A DNA stretch of 52,016 bases from Rhizomicrobium sp. (GTDB lineage Bacteria > Pseudomonadota > Alphaproteobacteria > Micropepsales > Micropepsaceae), in NCBI GenBank assembly GCA_035517755.1, contig DATIYG010000142.1, positions 1 to 52,016 of the forward strand. The letters run 5' to 3'. A program made the position numbers and the translations under genes. Under the pieces are notes generated by a model, which was not told the origin of the DNA, ran no database searches, and saw nothing but the letters and a program-made list of their open reading frames with translations. This document shows positions 1 through 9,653 of the stretch, one piece after another. Within the stretch, counting starts at the first letter, position 1. The number at the start of each line of letters is the position of its first letter.

Positions 1-74
1 AAATGGCCGGACGCGTGGTGAAACCGCGGGTCCGCCGCTAGGGTCAATGGGACAAGTGCACGGGAAGGTTGGAG

Positions 75-524
75 ATGGCTGGAAGCGTCAACAAGGTGAT
101 TTTGGTGGGAAATCTGGGCCGCGATCCGGAGACGCGGCGGATGCCGAGCGGCGATGCGATGGTGACGTTCTCGCTCGCGACCTCCGAAAGCTGGCGGGAC
201 AAGGCTTCCGGCGAGCGCAAGGAGCGCACCGAATGGCACCGCGTGGTCATCTTCAACAAGAACCTGGCGGAGGTGGCGGAAAAATACCTGCGCAAGGGCT
301 CGAAGATCTATCTCGAGGGTCAGCTGCAAACCCGCAAATACACGGACAAGGACGGACAGGAACGGTCGGCCACCGAAGTGGTGCTGCAGAATTTCCGCGG
401 TGAACTGGTCATGCTCGATGCGCGCGGCGAAGGCGGCGGCGGTGGCAGCCGTTCGAGCGGCGCCGGCGAAGCGCCGGCCAGCTTCGATCGCAGCAGCGAC
501 ATGGATGACGAGATTCCGTTCTAG
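75..524 (+). CDS. ssb: Single-stranded DNA-binding protein
   Basis: Has [23 protein letters not shown] and [14 protein letters not shown], a Gly-rich linker and the acidic tail DDEIPF. ATG at 75 follows GGAG. Confidence 0.98.
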   Translation: MAGSVNKVILVGNLGRDPETRRMPSGDAMVTFSLATSESWRDKASGERKERTEWHRVVIFNKNLAEVAEKYLRKGSKIYLEGQLQTRKYTDKDGQERSATEVVLQNFRGELVMLDARGEGGGGGSRSSGAGEAPASFDRSSDMDDEIPF

Positions 525-534
525 GTTTGCGGGC

Positions 535-1185
535 GTGCGGATTGGAGCAGCGTTTGTCGCGCTCGCTGGCGCAAGTCTGCTTTGCGGCTGCGCGATGCAG
601 TCGTCCGGCGAGCAGGCGGCGGGTATCACAGAGCGTGCGATTGCGTCGGCCTACATCCCGTTGTCAGGCTCCGAGGATCTTCTGCTGGAAGGCCACGGCG
701 CAGCGATCGTCATCGCGCCGGGAATCGCCGTCACCAACGCCCACAACGCCAATCTGCTGCCGGACGGCACCGGCATCATCGGCACATCCGTCGGTTACGA
801 TCTGCTCTTCTTCCGTGTACGGAACATGTCGCCGCCGCCGCCCATCGGCGAACCCTTGCCGACGGAACGGGTCGTCGCCTACGGGCAGGGCAGCGGCGGC
901 GATCTGCGCAAGGCGATCGGCGTGGTGAAGTGGCGCGTGGCCCCTGTCCTGCCGCGCTGTCCGAAATGCCCCGAGCAGAAGGCCTTCGCCTATGAGGCCA
1001 ATGCTGGCGCCGGATTCAGCGGCGGGCCGGTCATCGATGCCGCAACCGGCGCACTTGTCGGCATCACCTTCGGCTACAATGATGAGGAAAACAGCGGCAT
1101 CGAGAAGCTGATGTATGCCTATGACATGAAGACCGTGATGGGCGAGCTCGCCAGGCTGGAAAATGGCGGCAAATCGGCACCGTAA
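535..1185 (+). CDS. Putative lipoprotein, trypsin-like (S1) serine protease domain
   Basis: From GTG 535 there is a hydrophobic signal ending in the lipobox-like LLCG-C. Triad-like motifs are VTNAH, YDL and GFSGGP. The start is inferred. Confidence 0.75.
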   Translation: MRIGAAFVALAGASLLCGCAMQSSGEQAAGITERAIASAYIPLSGSEDLLLEGHGAAIVIAPGIAVTNAHNANLLPDGTGIIGTSVGYDLLFFRVRNMSPPPPIGEPLPTERVVAYGQGSGGDLRKAIGVVKWRVAPVLPRCPKCPEQKAFAYEANAGAGFSGGPVIDAATGALVGITFGYNDEENSGIEKLMYAYDMKTVMGELARLENGGKSAP

Positions 1186-1287
1186 ACGAGCGAAAATCGG
1201 TCGTGTTTTCCTTGGCTGAAACGTCACACAAATGCTACGCAGAGGCCGCGTGACGGCATCGATTCACGCACCGCCCAGAGGACCGAT

Positions 1288-4014
1288 TTGAGCGACGAAG
1301 GACAACAACAGGCAGCACCACCGCCAGGCGGTCCGGACGTCAGCCCCATTGCCATCGAGGAGGAGCTGCGCCGCTCCTATCTGGATTACGCGATGAGCGT
1401 CATCGTCAGCCGCGCGTTGCCTGACGCACGCGACGGGCTGAAGCCCGTTCATCGCCGCATCCTCTATTCGATGCACGAAAACGGCTATGACTGGAACAAG
1501 GCCTACCGCAAATCCGCGCGCGTGGTGGGCGATGTCATCGGCAAATATCACCCTCATGGCGATCAGTCGATTTACGACGCGCTGGTGCGCATGGCGCAGG
1601 ATTTTTCAATGCGCGCCCCGCTCATCGACGGGCAGGGCAATTTCGGTTCGATCGATGGCGATCCGCCCGCCGCGATGCGCTACACCGAAGTGCGCCGCGC
1701 AAAAATCGCCCATGCGCTGAGCGAGGACCTCGACAAGAATACGGTCGATTTTCAGGACAATTACGACGGCTCAGAACGCGAGCCCATCGTGCTGCCCGCG
1801 CGTTTTCCCAATCTGCTCGTGAATGGCACGAGTGGCATCGCCGTCGGCATGGCAACGAACATCCCGCCGCATAATCTGGGCGAAGTTATCGATGCGTGCC
1901 TGGCCTATATCGACGATCCATCCATCAGTATGGAAACATTGACGGAGATTGTGCCCGGCCCGGATTTCCCCACGGCAGGCCTCGTCATCGGCAAGCAGGC
2001 AGCGCGCGCTGCATTGGCGCGCGGCCGCGGCTCCATCCTCATGCGGGCGCGCTGCCATATCGAGGAGATCCGCAAGGACCGCGAAGCCATCATCGTCACC
2101 GAGCTGCCCTATCAGGTGAACAAGGCACGCCTGCAGGAAAAGATCAGCGAGATGGTGCGCGACAAGCGCATAGAAGGCATCGGCGACATCCGCGACGAAA
2201 GCGACCGCCATGGCATGCGCGTGGTGATCGAAATCAAGCGCGATGCGTCGGCCGAGGTCGTGCTGAACCAGCTCTACCGCTTCTCCGAATTGCAGACGAC
2301 GTTCGGCGTCAACATGGTGGCGCTGAACGCCGGTCGTCCGGTCACGATGAACCTCAAGGACATGATCGGCGCGTTCTGCACGTTCCGCGAGGAAGTCGTC
2401 ACCCGGCGCACGCGGTTCGAGCTCGCCAAGGCGCGCGACCGCGGCCATGTGCTGGTGGGCCTTGCCATTGCCGTCGCCAATATCGACGATGTGATCGCCC
2501 TCATCCGCAAGGCGCCGGATACGCCGACCGCCAAGACGCAACTGATGGAGCGACGCTGGCCGGCGAAGGATGTGGCGCCGCTGGTGGCCCTGATCGCCGA
2601 TCCACGCCACATCGTGGCCGAAGACAACACCATCCGCCTCTCCGAAGAGCAGGCGAAGGCCATTCTGGAAATCCGGCTGGCGCGACTGACCGCGCTTGGC
2701 CGCGACGAGATCGCTGATGAAGTGACGAAGCTCGGCGAGGCGATCAAGGATTATCTCGACATCCTGCGCAGCCGCGCGCGTGTGCTCACCATCGTCAAGG
2801 ACGAGCTCGCCGCCATCAAGACGGAGTTCGCAACGCCGCGCCTCACCGAACTGGTGGATGCCGAAGTCGAAATCGAGGACGAGGCGCTGATCGAGCGCGA
2901 GGATGTCGCCATCGTCGTCACGCATGCCGGCTACATCAAGCGCACGCCGATCGCGGAATATCGCGTGCAGGGCCGCGGCGGCAAGGGCCGCGCCGGCATG
3001 GCAACGCGCGAGGAAGATTTCGTCACCTCCATCTTTGTCGCCAGCACCCACGCGCCGCTGGTGTTCTTCTCGTCCACCGGCATGGCCTACAAGCTGAAGG
3101 TCTGGCGCCTGCCGGAAGCGCGCATCCAGGGCAAGGGCAAGGCCATGGTGAACCTGCTGCCGCTGTCCGAAGGCGAGCGTATCGGAACCATCCTGCCGCT
3201 GCCGGAAGACGAATCGCAGTGGGAGAAGCTGAACGTCGTGTTTGCCACGAAGTCCGGCGACGTGCGGCGCAATCTTCTGTCCGACTTTGTCAGCATCAAC
3301 CGCAACGGCAAGATCGCGATGAAGCTGGAACAGGGCGACGCCATCGTCGGCGTCCAGACCTGCACCGATCAGGACGACGTGCTGCTGACCACGAAACTCG
3401 GCAAATGCATCCGCTTTGCGCTGACCGATGTCCGGGTCTTCAAGGGCCGCGACTCCACCGGCGTGCGCGGCGTCAAGCTGGCGAAGGACGATGAGGTGGT
3501 GAGCCTGTCGCTGCTGCATCATTCCGAAGCGACGACGGCGGAGGCGCGGGCGTACCTGAAGCAGGCCAATGCCGCGCGCCGCGCCGCGACCGGCGAGGAA
3601 GAGGCGCCGGTGGAAGAGCCCGAGGATTCAGAAGACGGCGTCGAGGAAGCGACCTTGTCGACGGAGCGCTACGCCGAGCTCGGCGCGCGCGAGCAGTTCA
3701 TTCTCGCCATTTCCGAGTCGGGCTACGGCAAGCGCACATCGTCTTACGAATACCGCGTCACGGGCCGCGGCGGTTCGGGCATCGTCGCCATGGGAATGGG
3801 GCGGAAGAACCACGCCATCGTGGCCGCGTTTCCGGTCGAAGAAACCGACGACCTCATGCTGATTTCCGACCAGGGCCAGACGATCCGCGTTCCGGTGTCG
3901 GGCATCTCGATCCAGGGACGCGCAGCGCAGGGCGTCACCGTGTTCCGCGTCGAGGAGAATGAGCGTGTTGTCTCGGTGGAGCGCATCGAAGAAGCGGCCG
4001 GCGACAACGCCTAA
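1288..4014 (+). CDS. gyrA: DNA gyrase subunit A
   Basis: Has [33 protein letters not shown], the catalytic AAMRYTE, a GyrA-box variant QGRGGKG and C-terminal pinwheel repeats. Confidence 0.98.
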   Translation: MSDEGQQQAAPPPGGPDVSPIAIEEELRRSYLDYAMSVIVSRALPDARDGLKPVHRRILYSMHENGYDWNKAYRKSARVVGDVIGKYHPHGDQSIYDALVRMAQDFSMRAPLIDGQGNFGSIDGDPPAAMRYTEVRRAKIAHALSEDLDKNTVDFQDNYDGSEREPIVLPARFPNLLVNGTSGIAVGMATNIPPHNLGEVIDACLAYIDDPSISMETLTEIVPGPDFPTAGLVIGKQAARAALARGRGSILMRARCHIEEIRKDREAIIVTELPYQVNKARLQEKISEMVRDKRIEGIGDIRDESDRHGMRVVIEIKRDASAEVVLNQLYRFSELQTTFGVNMVALNAGRPVTMNLKDMIGAFCTFREEVVTRRTRFELAKARDRGHVLVGLAIAVANIDDVIALIRKAPDTPTAKTQLMERRWPAKDVAPLVALIADPRHIVAEDNTIRLSEEQAKAILEIRLARLTALGRDEIADEVTKLGEAIKDYLDILRSRARVLTIVKDELAAIKTEFATPRLTELVDAEVEIEDEALIEREDVAIVVTHAGYIKRTPIAEYRVQGRGGKGRAGMATREEDFVTSIFVASTHAPLVFFSSTGMAYKLKVWRLPEARIQGKGKAMVNLLPLSEGERIGTILPLPEDESQWEKLNVVFATKSGDVRRNLLSDFVSINRNGKIAMKLEQGDAIVGVQTCTDQDDVLLTTKLGKCIRFALTDVRVFKGRDSTGVRGVKLAKDDEVVSLSLLHHSEATTAEARAYLKQANAARRAATGEEEAPVEEPEDSEDGVEEATLSTERYAELGAREQFILAISESGYGKRTSSYEYRVTGRGGSGIVAMGMGRKNHAIVAAFPVEETDDLMLISDQGQTIRVPVSGISIQGRAAQGVTVFRVEENERVVSVERIEEAAGDNA

Positions 4015-4026
4015 AGGGGGCAGGCC

Positions 4027-4539
4027 ATGAGCAAGAAACGCGTCGGGCTTTATCCGGGAACCTTCGATCCGCTCACGCTCGGCCACCTCGACATCATCGG
4101 CCGTGCGGTGAAGCTCGTCGATCATCTGGTGATTGGCGTGGCGACCAATCCGTCCAAGTCGCCGCTGTTCACGCTTCCCGAGCGCGTCGACATCATCCGC
4201 CACGAGACTTCACCGCTCGCAGGCGACGGCCATGCCACAGTCGATGTGCAGCCGTTCGAGATGTTGCTGATCAAATTCGCCGAGAAAGTCGGCGCCAACA
4301 TCATCGTCCGGGGCCTGCGCGCCGTGTCCGACTTCGAATACGAATTCCAGATGGTCGGCATGAACCAGCGACTCAACCCGGAGATTGAGACGGTGTTCCT
4401 GATGGCCGATCCGCGCCACCAGGCCATTGCCTCTCGCCTCGTCAAGGAGATCGCGATGCTGGGCGGCGATGTCTCCTCCTTCACCACGCCCTATGTCGCC
4501 GATCTGCTGGTGAAACGTTGTAAGCAGCAAAAGAAATAG
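4027..4539 (+). CDS. coaD: Pantetheine-phosphate adenylyltransferase
   Basis: Has YPGTFDPLTLGHLDII, RGLRAVSDFEYE and IASRLVKEIA; follows gyrA. Confidence 0.97.
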   Translation: MSKKRVGLYPGTFDPLTLGHLDIIGRAVKLVDHLVIGVATNPSKSPLFTLPERVDIIRHETSPLAGDGHATVDVQPFEMLLIKFAEKVGANIIVRGLRAVSDFEYEFQMVGMNQRLNPEIETVFLMADPRHQAIASRLVKEIAMLGGDVSSFTTPYVADLLVKRCKQQKK

Positions 4540-4626
4540 AGGGCGGCGGCAGGGGCTTCAGATTTCACTCCCTCCCTCGGCGGAGGGGCGTTACAAGGTG
4601 CGCCTTCAACAACAAGGAACAAGAAA

Positions 4627-5103
4627 ATGGCCGCCGATACCGACACGATCACCATGCAGCTGAAATCCGGCCCTGTTGTCATCGAGCTGCGGCCCGATCT
4701 CGCGCCGAAGCATGTCGAGCGCATCAAGACGCTCAGCGAGCAGGGCTTCTACGATGGCGTGCCGTTCCATCGCGTGATTCCCGGCTTCATGGCGCAGACG
4801 GGCGATCCCACCGGCACCGGCACGGGCGGCTCCGATCTGCCGGACCTCAAGGCGGAATTCTCGAAGGAGAAGCATGGTCGCGGCACCGTTTCGATGGCGC
4901 GCAGCTCCAGTCCCAACAGCGCCAACAGCCAGTTCTTCATCTGCTTCGAGGATTCGCCCTGGCTCGACGGCCAGTACACGGTGTGGGGCAAGGTGGTGTC
5001 CGGCATAGAGCACATCGATGCCATCAAGAAGGGCGGCGAGCACAACAACGGCGCGATCAGCGGCGAACCCGATCGCATCGTGAAGATGCGCGCGTCCGCG
5101 TAG
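4627..5103 (+). CDS. Cyclophilin-type peptidyl-prolyl cis-trans isomerase
   Basis: Has FYDGVPFHRVIPGFMAQTGDP, SMAR, SANSQFFI and LDGQYTVWG. Confidence 0.96.
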   Translation: MAADTDTITMQLKSGPVVIELRPDLAPKHVERIKTLSEQGFYDGVPFHRVIPGFMAQTGDPTGTGTGGSDLPDLKAEFSKEKHGRGTVSMARSSSPNSANSQFFICFEDSPWLDGQYTVWGKVVSGIEHIDAIKKGGEHNNGAISGEPDRIVKMRASA

Positions 5104-5118
5104 GAAGCGGATTGTCCC

Positions 5119-5835
5119 GTGGGGCCGCCGTCCGCGATCACGCCCTATCAGGCGCGCACCACCCACAACCGGAATCCGCTGGCGCGCTTCTCGCATCGCG
5201 CGCGGATGCGGCACGCATTGTCGCTGATCGCGAAGCATCTGCCGCCGCGCGGCGCGATTCTCGATTTCGGCTGCGCAGGCGGCGAGCTGCTGGCGGAGGT
5301 GCGGTCGCGATTTCCCGACGCGCAACTGTACGGGCTCGATCCCTTCGCATCGGCTGGCCAGGCTTATGAGCTCCTGCGCAATCCCGACGATTGCGCCGGA
5401 ATGACGTTCGACATCGTCGCGGCTTTCGAAGTGCTCGAGCATTTGGGGCCAGCCGCAACCGATGCATTCTTCGACCTGTGCCGCAACAATTTGCAGGCTG
5501 GCGGTATCTGCATGGTGAGCGTACCGAACATGCTGGGGCCGGCACTGCTTGCGAAACTTCTGCATGGCGCGATCGCGTCCGGCAGCGCCCTGAACTATTC
5601 GTGGTCAGACGCGGCGCGAGCATCGCTGCTGCTCAAGAGCCCGGAGCGCCTGCCGCCCGGTCGCGCCGGCACGATGCGTCACAAGGGATTTGACTGGCGG
5701 CTGATGCGGGCGCGGATCGCGTCCGAATTCGAGATCGTCTCGGAAGCCTTTACGCCGCTGCCGCATGTCTGGTGGGGCTTTAACAGCCAGTGGTTCTGCC
5801 TCTTTCGGCCAAAGGCCGGCCTGCCACCCTCTTGA
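5119..5835 (+). CDS. Class I SAM-dependent methyltransferase
   Basis: Motif I is ILDFGCAGG, followed by YGLD, FDIVAAFEVLEHL and LQAGG...SVPN. Confidence 0.85.
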   Translation: MGPPSAITPYQARTTHNRNPLARFSHRARMRHALSLIAKHLPPRGAILDFGCAGGELLAEVRSRFPDAQLYGLDPFASAGQAYELLRNPDDCAGMTFDIVAAFEVLEHLGPAATDAFFDLCRNNLQAGGICMVSVPNMLGPALLAKLLHGAIASGSALNYSWSDAARASLLLKSPERLPPGRAGTMRHKGFDWRLMRARIASEFEIVSEAFTPLPHVWWGFNSQWFCLFRPKAGLPPS

Positions 5836-5864
5836 CAGGCGGATTGAGTGTTCTTATTATGTTC
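5832..5864 (+). promoter_or_regulatory. Sigma70-type promoter with an overlapping alphaproteobacterial LexA (SOS) box
   Basis: TTGACA (5832-5837), a 17 nt spacer, then TATTAT (5855-5860). GTTC-TTATTAT-GTTC (5850-5864) is a GTTC-N7-GTTC motif straddling the -10 element. Confidence 0.7.
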
Positions 5865-5899
5865 TGACAATTGGAACGGTACCGCCAAGAGCAGCGGTC

Positions 5900-5910
5900 G
5901 GGGGGGGGGG
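5900..5910. repeat. G11 homopolymer tract in an intergenic leader
   Basis: Eleven consecutive G lie between the predicted promoter and the aminotransferase gene. Confidence 0.85.
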
Positions 5911-6098
5911 ATTCCACGCCCGGCATTTTTGCGAAACGAATAACGGTCGTTCCCGGGGCGGCATTCTTGATATTTTATTGCAAATATGGGCGCGCCGACA
6001 TCCGACGCAATCGGCAATAATTCTTGCGGCGTAAGGGGTTGAGGCTCGGGAACCCGGACCGATAGAAGGTCGGGGCCTATCCCCAGGAGTCCCCACCC

Positions 6099-7226
6099 TT
6101 GTCCATCGCCTTCATCGACCTTCAGGCGCAGCGCCGCCGCATTGCCTCCGAAATCGAGCGCGCCGTGACGGCCGCAGTCGAGGGCGGCCAGTGGGTGATG
6201 GGCCCGCAGGTGAGGGAGCTGGAAGAGCGGCTGGCCGAGTTCGCCGGCGTCAAGCATTGCGTCGCCTGCGCCAACGGCACCGATGCGCTGCTGATCGTCC
6301 TGCGGGCATGGAATGTGGGTCCGGGCGATGCCGTGTTCGTGCCCGCCTTCACCTTCGCCGCTTCGGCCGAAGTTGTTGCGCTGGTCGGCGCCACCCCGGT
6401 GTTCGTCGATGTGTTCGAGGACACCTACAATCTGGATTCGGCGAGCCTCGAAGCGGCCATAGCCATGGTGAAGCGCGAGGGCAAGTTGAAGCCGCGCGTG
6501 GTGATGCCGGTGGATCTCTTCGGTCAGGCCGCCGACTACCGCGCCATCGAACCCGTCGTGAAGCGCGAACGGCTGAAATTGCTCGTCGACACCGCGCAGG
6601 CGTTCGGCGCCACGCTCAACGGCCGCCACACGGCAGCAACCGGTGACGCCGCTTCGACGAGCTTCTTTCCGGCCAAGCCGCTCGGCTGTTACGGCGACGG
6701 CGGAGCGGTGTTCACCAACGACAGCAAGCTCGACGAATTGCTGCGTTCCATCCGCGTCCATGGCCAAGGCACGGACAAATACGAAAACGTGCGCATCGGC
6801 GTGAACTCGCGGCTCGACACCATTCAGGCAGCGATCCTGATCGAGAAGCTGAAGATCTTCGCCGACGAGATCGAGCTGCGCGAACGCGTGGCGCGCCGCT
6901 ATTCGGAAGCGTTCCGCGCCTCCAACCGCATTCGCGAGCCGCGTGTGATCGAAGGCGCCCAATCGACCTGGGCGCAGTACACGATCCAGGTGCCGGATCG
7001 CGACAAGCTCGCGGCCGATCTCAAGGCCAAGAGCATTCCCACGGCCATCTACTACCCGACGCCGCTGTCGCATCAGAAAGGCTATGCGCATTTCCCAACC
7101 GCCGGCACGCCCGCCAGCGACCGCATCTCGAAACATGTGATCGCACTGCCCATGCATCCGTATCTCGACGCAGCCACTCAAGATAAGATCATCGCCGCCG
7201 TGATGGAGAGCGTCGGCAGCGGCTGA
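6099..7226 (+). CDS. DegT/DnrJ/EryC1/StrS sugar aminotransferase (WbpE/WlbC-like)
   Basis: Has [22 protein letters not shown], the PLP lysine motif [16 protein letters not shown] and [13 protein letters not shown] start follows AGGAG. Confidence 0.93.
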   Translation: MSIAFIDLQAQRRRIASEIERAVTAAVEGGQWVMGPQVRELEERLAEFAGVKHCVACANGTDALLIVLRAWNVGPGDAVFVPAFTFAASAEVVALVGATPVFVDVFEDTYNLDSASLEAAIAMVKREGKLKPRVVMPVDLFGQAADYRAIEPVVKRERLKLLVDTAQAFGATLNGRHTAATGDAASTSFFPAKPLGCYGDGGAVFTNDSKLDELLRSIRVHGQGTDKYENVRIGVNSRLDTIQAAILIEKLKIFADEIELRERVARRYSEAFRASNRIREPRVIEGAQSTWAQYTIQVPDRDKLAADLKAKSIPTAIYYPTPLSHQKGYAHFPTAGTPASDRISKHVIALPMHPYLDAATQDKIIAAVMESVGSG

Positions 7227-8272
7227 TGGACGTTTCGCTTTTCGACTTTGACCTGCCGGAAGAACTGATTGCGCTGCGGCCCGCGTCCCCGCGGGATTCC
7301 GCGCGCATGCTCGTTGTGCATAAGGACGGCCATCTGGAACATCGCCGGGTGCGCGATCTGCCGGAATATCTGCGCTGCGGCGATCTTATCGTGTTCAACG
7401 ATACCAAGGTGATCCCAGCACGGTTGCACGGGCGTCGGTTGTCGCGCGACGGAACAGGTGAGGGCGCGAAGGTCGAAGTGATGCTGCACAAGCGCATCGC
7501 GCCGGACACCTATCTCGCCTTTGCGCGCCCGGCGAAGAAGCTGGCAGCCGGCGATCGGCTGCAGCTCGGCGAAAACGTGATGGCGATTGTGACCGAACGA
7601 CACGAGGGTGGCGAGGTTGCCGTGCGATTCGATCTCGCCGGTCCCCAGCTCGATGCGGCCATTGCCCGCGAAGGCGAAATGCCGCTGCCGCCCTATATCG
7701 CGGGCAAGCGCAAGGCCGATGAACGTGACATTTCCGACTACCAGACGATGTTCGCCGAACACGATGGTTCGGTTGCAGCACCAACGGCCGGACTGCATTT
7801 CACGCCTGAATTGATGTCCCGGCTCGGGAAAGTAGGCATCGTTGCGAGAACAATCACGCTGCATGTCGGGGCTGGCACGTTCTTGCCCGTGGCGGCGCAG
7901 GACACTTCCCAGCATAAGATGCACAGCGAATTCTTCTCCATCGACAAGGCAATGGCGCGCACCTTGAACGTCGATAGTGGAGAGCGGCTGGTCGCCGTTG
8001 GCACCACTGTCTTGCGGGCGCTGGAAAGCGCGGCCGATGACTCTGGTCATTTCCGTCCCATGACGCAGGAGACGGATATTTTCATCACCCCTGGATACCG
8101 GTTCAAATCGGCCGACATGCTGTTGACCAACTTCCATCTGCCGCGGTCTACGCTGTTCATGCTGGTCAGCGCATTCTCCGGCCTGGACACGATGAAGCGC
8201 GCCTATGCAGAGGCGATCCGCGAGCGTTACCGGTTCTATTCGTATGGCGATGCGTGCTTGTTGATGCGATGA
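7226..8272 (+). CDS. queA: S-adenosylmethionine:tRNA ribosyltransferase-isomerase
   Basis: Has [47 protein letters not shown] and [14 protein letters not shown] overlap with the upstream gene. Confidence 0.98.
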   Translation: MDVSLFDFDLPEELIALRPASPRDSARMLVVHKDGHLEHRRVRDLPEYLRCGDLIVFNDTKVIPARLHGRRLSRDGTGEGAKVEVMLHKRIAPDTYLAFARPAKKLAAGDRLQLGENVMAIVTERHEGGEVAVRFDLAGPQLDAAIAREGEMPLPPYIAGKRKADERDISDYQTMFAEHDGSVAAPTAGLHFTPELMSRLGKVGIVARTITLHVGAGTFLPVAAQDTSQHKMHSEFFSIDKAMARTLNVDSGERLVAVGTTVLRALESAADDSGHFRPMTQETDIFITPGYRFKSADMLLTNFHLPRSTLFMLVSAFSGLDTMKRAYAEAIRERYRFYSYGDACLLMR

Positions 8273-9399
8273 CCCCGTTTTCTTTCGACCTCAAGGCAAC
8301 GGATGGCGCGGCGCGCACGGGAGTTATCCGCACGCCGCGCGGAGACATCCGCACGCCAGGCTTCATGCCGGTCGGCACCGCTGGCACCGTAAAGGCGATG
8401 CTGCCGGAAAGCGTGCGCGAAACCGGCGCCGACATTGTCCTCGGCAACACGTATCACCTCATGCTGCGTCCGGGAGCCGAGCGCATCGCACGGCTTGGCG
8501 GACTGCACAAATTCATGAACTGGAGCCGGCCGATCCTCACGGATTCGGGCGGGTTCCAGGTGATGTCACTCGCCAAGCTGCGCAAGATCACGGACGATGG
8601 CGTGGCGTTCCAGTCGCATATCGACGGCGCCAACGAATTCCTTTCGCCGGAACGCGCGATGGAAATCCAGCTTCTGCTCGGCAGCGACATCCAGATGGTG
8701 CTGGATGAATGCCCGGCCTATCCGTCAACCGAGAAGCAGATCGAACAGTCGCTCGATTTGTCGATGCGATGGGCGGCGCGATCGAAGGCCGCATTCGGCG
8801 AACAGCCCGGGCGCGCCTGCTTCGGCATCGTGCAGGGCGGCGTGTTTCCGCATTTGCGCAAGCGATCGGCAGAGGCACTGATCGATATCGGTTTCGATGG
8901 ATACGCGGTCGGCGGACTTGCGGTGGGCGAGGGCCAGTCCGCGATGTTCGAAGTGCTGGATGCGACTGTCCCACTGTTGCCGATGGATAGGCCACATTAC
9001 CTCATGGGGGTCGGCAAACCCGAGGATATTGTCGGCGCGGTGCTGCGCGGCATCGACATGTTCGATTGCGTGCTGCCGACCCGCTCCGGCCGCAACGGCC
9101 AGGCCTTCACGCGATCGGGCACGTTCAACCTCCGCAACGCGCGGCATGCGGAAGATTCGTTGCCACTCGATCCGGACTGTCGCTGCCCAGCCTGCCGCGG
9201 CTACAGCCGCGCTTATCTGCATCACGCGGTGAAGGCGAACGAGATCATCGCCTCGATGCTGCTCACTTGGCACAACCTCACATACTTTCAGGACCTGATG
9301 GCGGGGCTGCGGGACGCCGTCGTTCGCGGCGAGGTGTTGAAATACGCAGCACTTTGCTCAGGGAACTGGGCAAAATCTGTCGACGATACCCGCGATTGA
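8269..9399 (+). CDS. tgt: Queuine tRNA-ribosyltransferase (tRNA-guanine transglycosylase)
   Basis: Has [35 protein letters not shown] and the Zn site CRCPAC...HN. ATGA overlap with queA. Confidence 0.98.
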   Translation: MTPFSFDLKATDGAARTGVIRTPRGDIRTPGFMPVGTAGTVKAMLPESVRETGADIVLGNTYHLMLRPGAERIARLGGLHKFMNWSRPILTDSGGFQVMSLAKLRKITDDGVAFQSHIDGANEFLSPERAMEIQLLLGSDIQMVLDECPAYPSTEKQIEQSLDLSMRWAARSKAAFGEQPGRACFGIVQGGVFPHLRKRSAEALIDIGFDGYAVGGLAVGEGQSAMFEVLDATVPLLPMDRPHYLMGVGKPEDIVGAVLRGIDMFDCVLPTRSGRNGQAFTRSGTFNLRNARHAEDSLPLDPDCRCPACRGYSRAYLHHAVKANEIIASMLLTWHNLTYFQDLMAGLRDAVVRGEVLKYAALCSGNWAKSVDDTRD

Positions 9400-9424
9400 C
9401 CGGCCGGAGCGCGATACCTATGTT
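9396..9424 (+). promoter_or_regulatory. Putative sigma70 promoter of tRNA-Lys
   Basis: TTGACC, a 17 nt spacer, then TATGTT and a GC-rich discriminator-like stretch before the tRNA. Confidence 0.6.
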
Positions 9425-9439
9425 CCGCGCGCCCTTGGC

Positions 9440-9514
9440 GAGCCCGTAGCTCAGGGGTAGAGCATCTGACTTTTAATCAGAGGGTCGATGGTTCGATCCC
9501 ATCCGGGCTCACCA
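9440..9514 (+). tRNA. tRNA-Lys (anticodon UUU)
   Basis: Acceptor stem GAGCCCG/CGGGCTC, anticodon arm CTGA-CTTTTAA-TCAG, T-loop GTTCGAT and an encoded CCA end. Confidence 0.97.
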
Positions 9515-9653
9515 GTCTTCCTGCCAACGTTGCACAGAATTCACGATTGTCCCTTGGCGGGCGGAATCCCTTGCAGGGCCTCCGGGGCGCGGAGTAAAAC
9601 CCAGTGCCAATTGCATTTTCCGGCTGGCGCGTCGTTCAGGACGAGATGGGGTA

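Noticed and set aside
1549-1581. Gyr[16 protein letters not shown] as a quinolone-resistance allele
   Set aside because: Non-Ser residues at this position occur naturally in alphaproteobacteria, so there is no evidence of selection.
1681-1704. GyrA reads YTEVRRAK where a hydrophobic residue usually follows the Arg
   Set aside because: A single base (CGC versus CTC) explains it. A real variant cannot be told from a sequencing error without reads.
1771-3522. Long antisense and alternative-frame ORFs (e.g. 1771-3522, 5679-7181, 21224-22507, 41717-43045)
   Set aside because: These are shadow ORFs expected opposite GC3-rich genes, and they carry no recognisable motifs.
7226-9514. Functional link between queA/tgt and the adjacent tRNA
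   Set aside because: Queuosine is installed in GUN-anticodon tRNAs (Asn, Asp, His, Tyr), not in tRNA-Lys(UUU).
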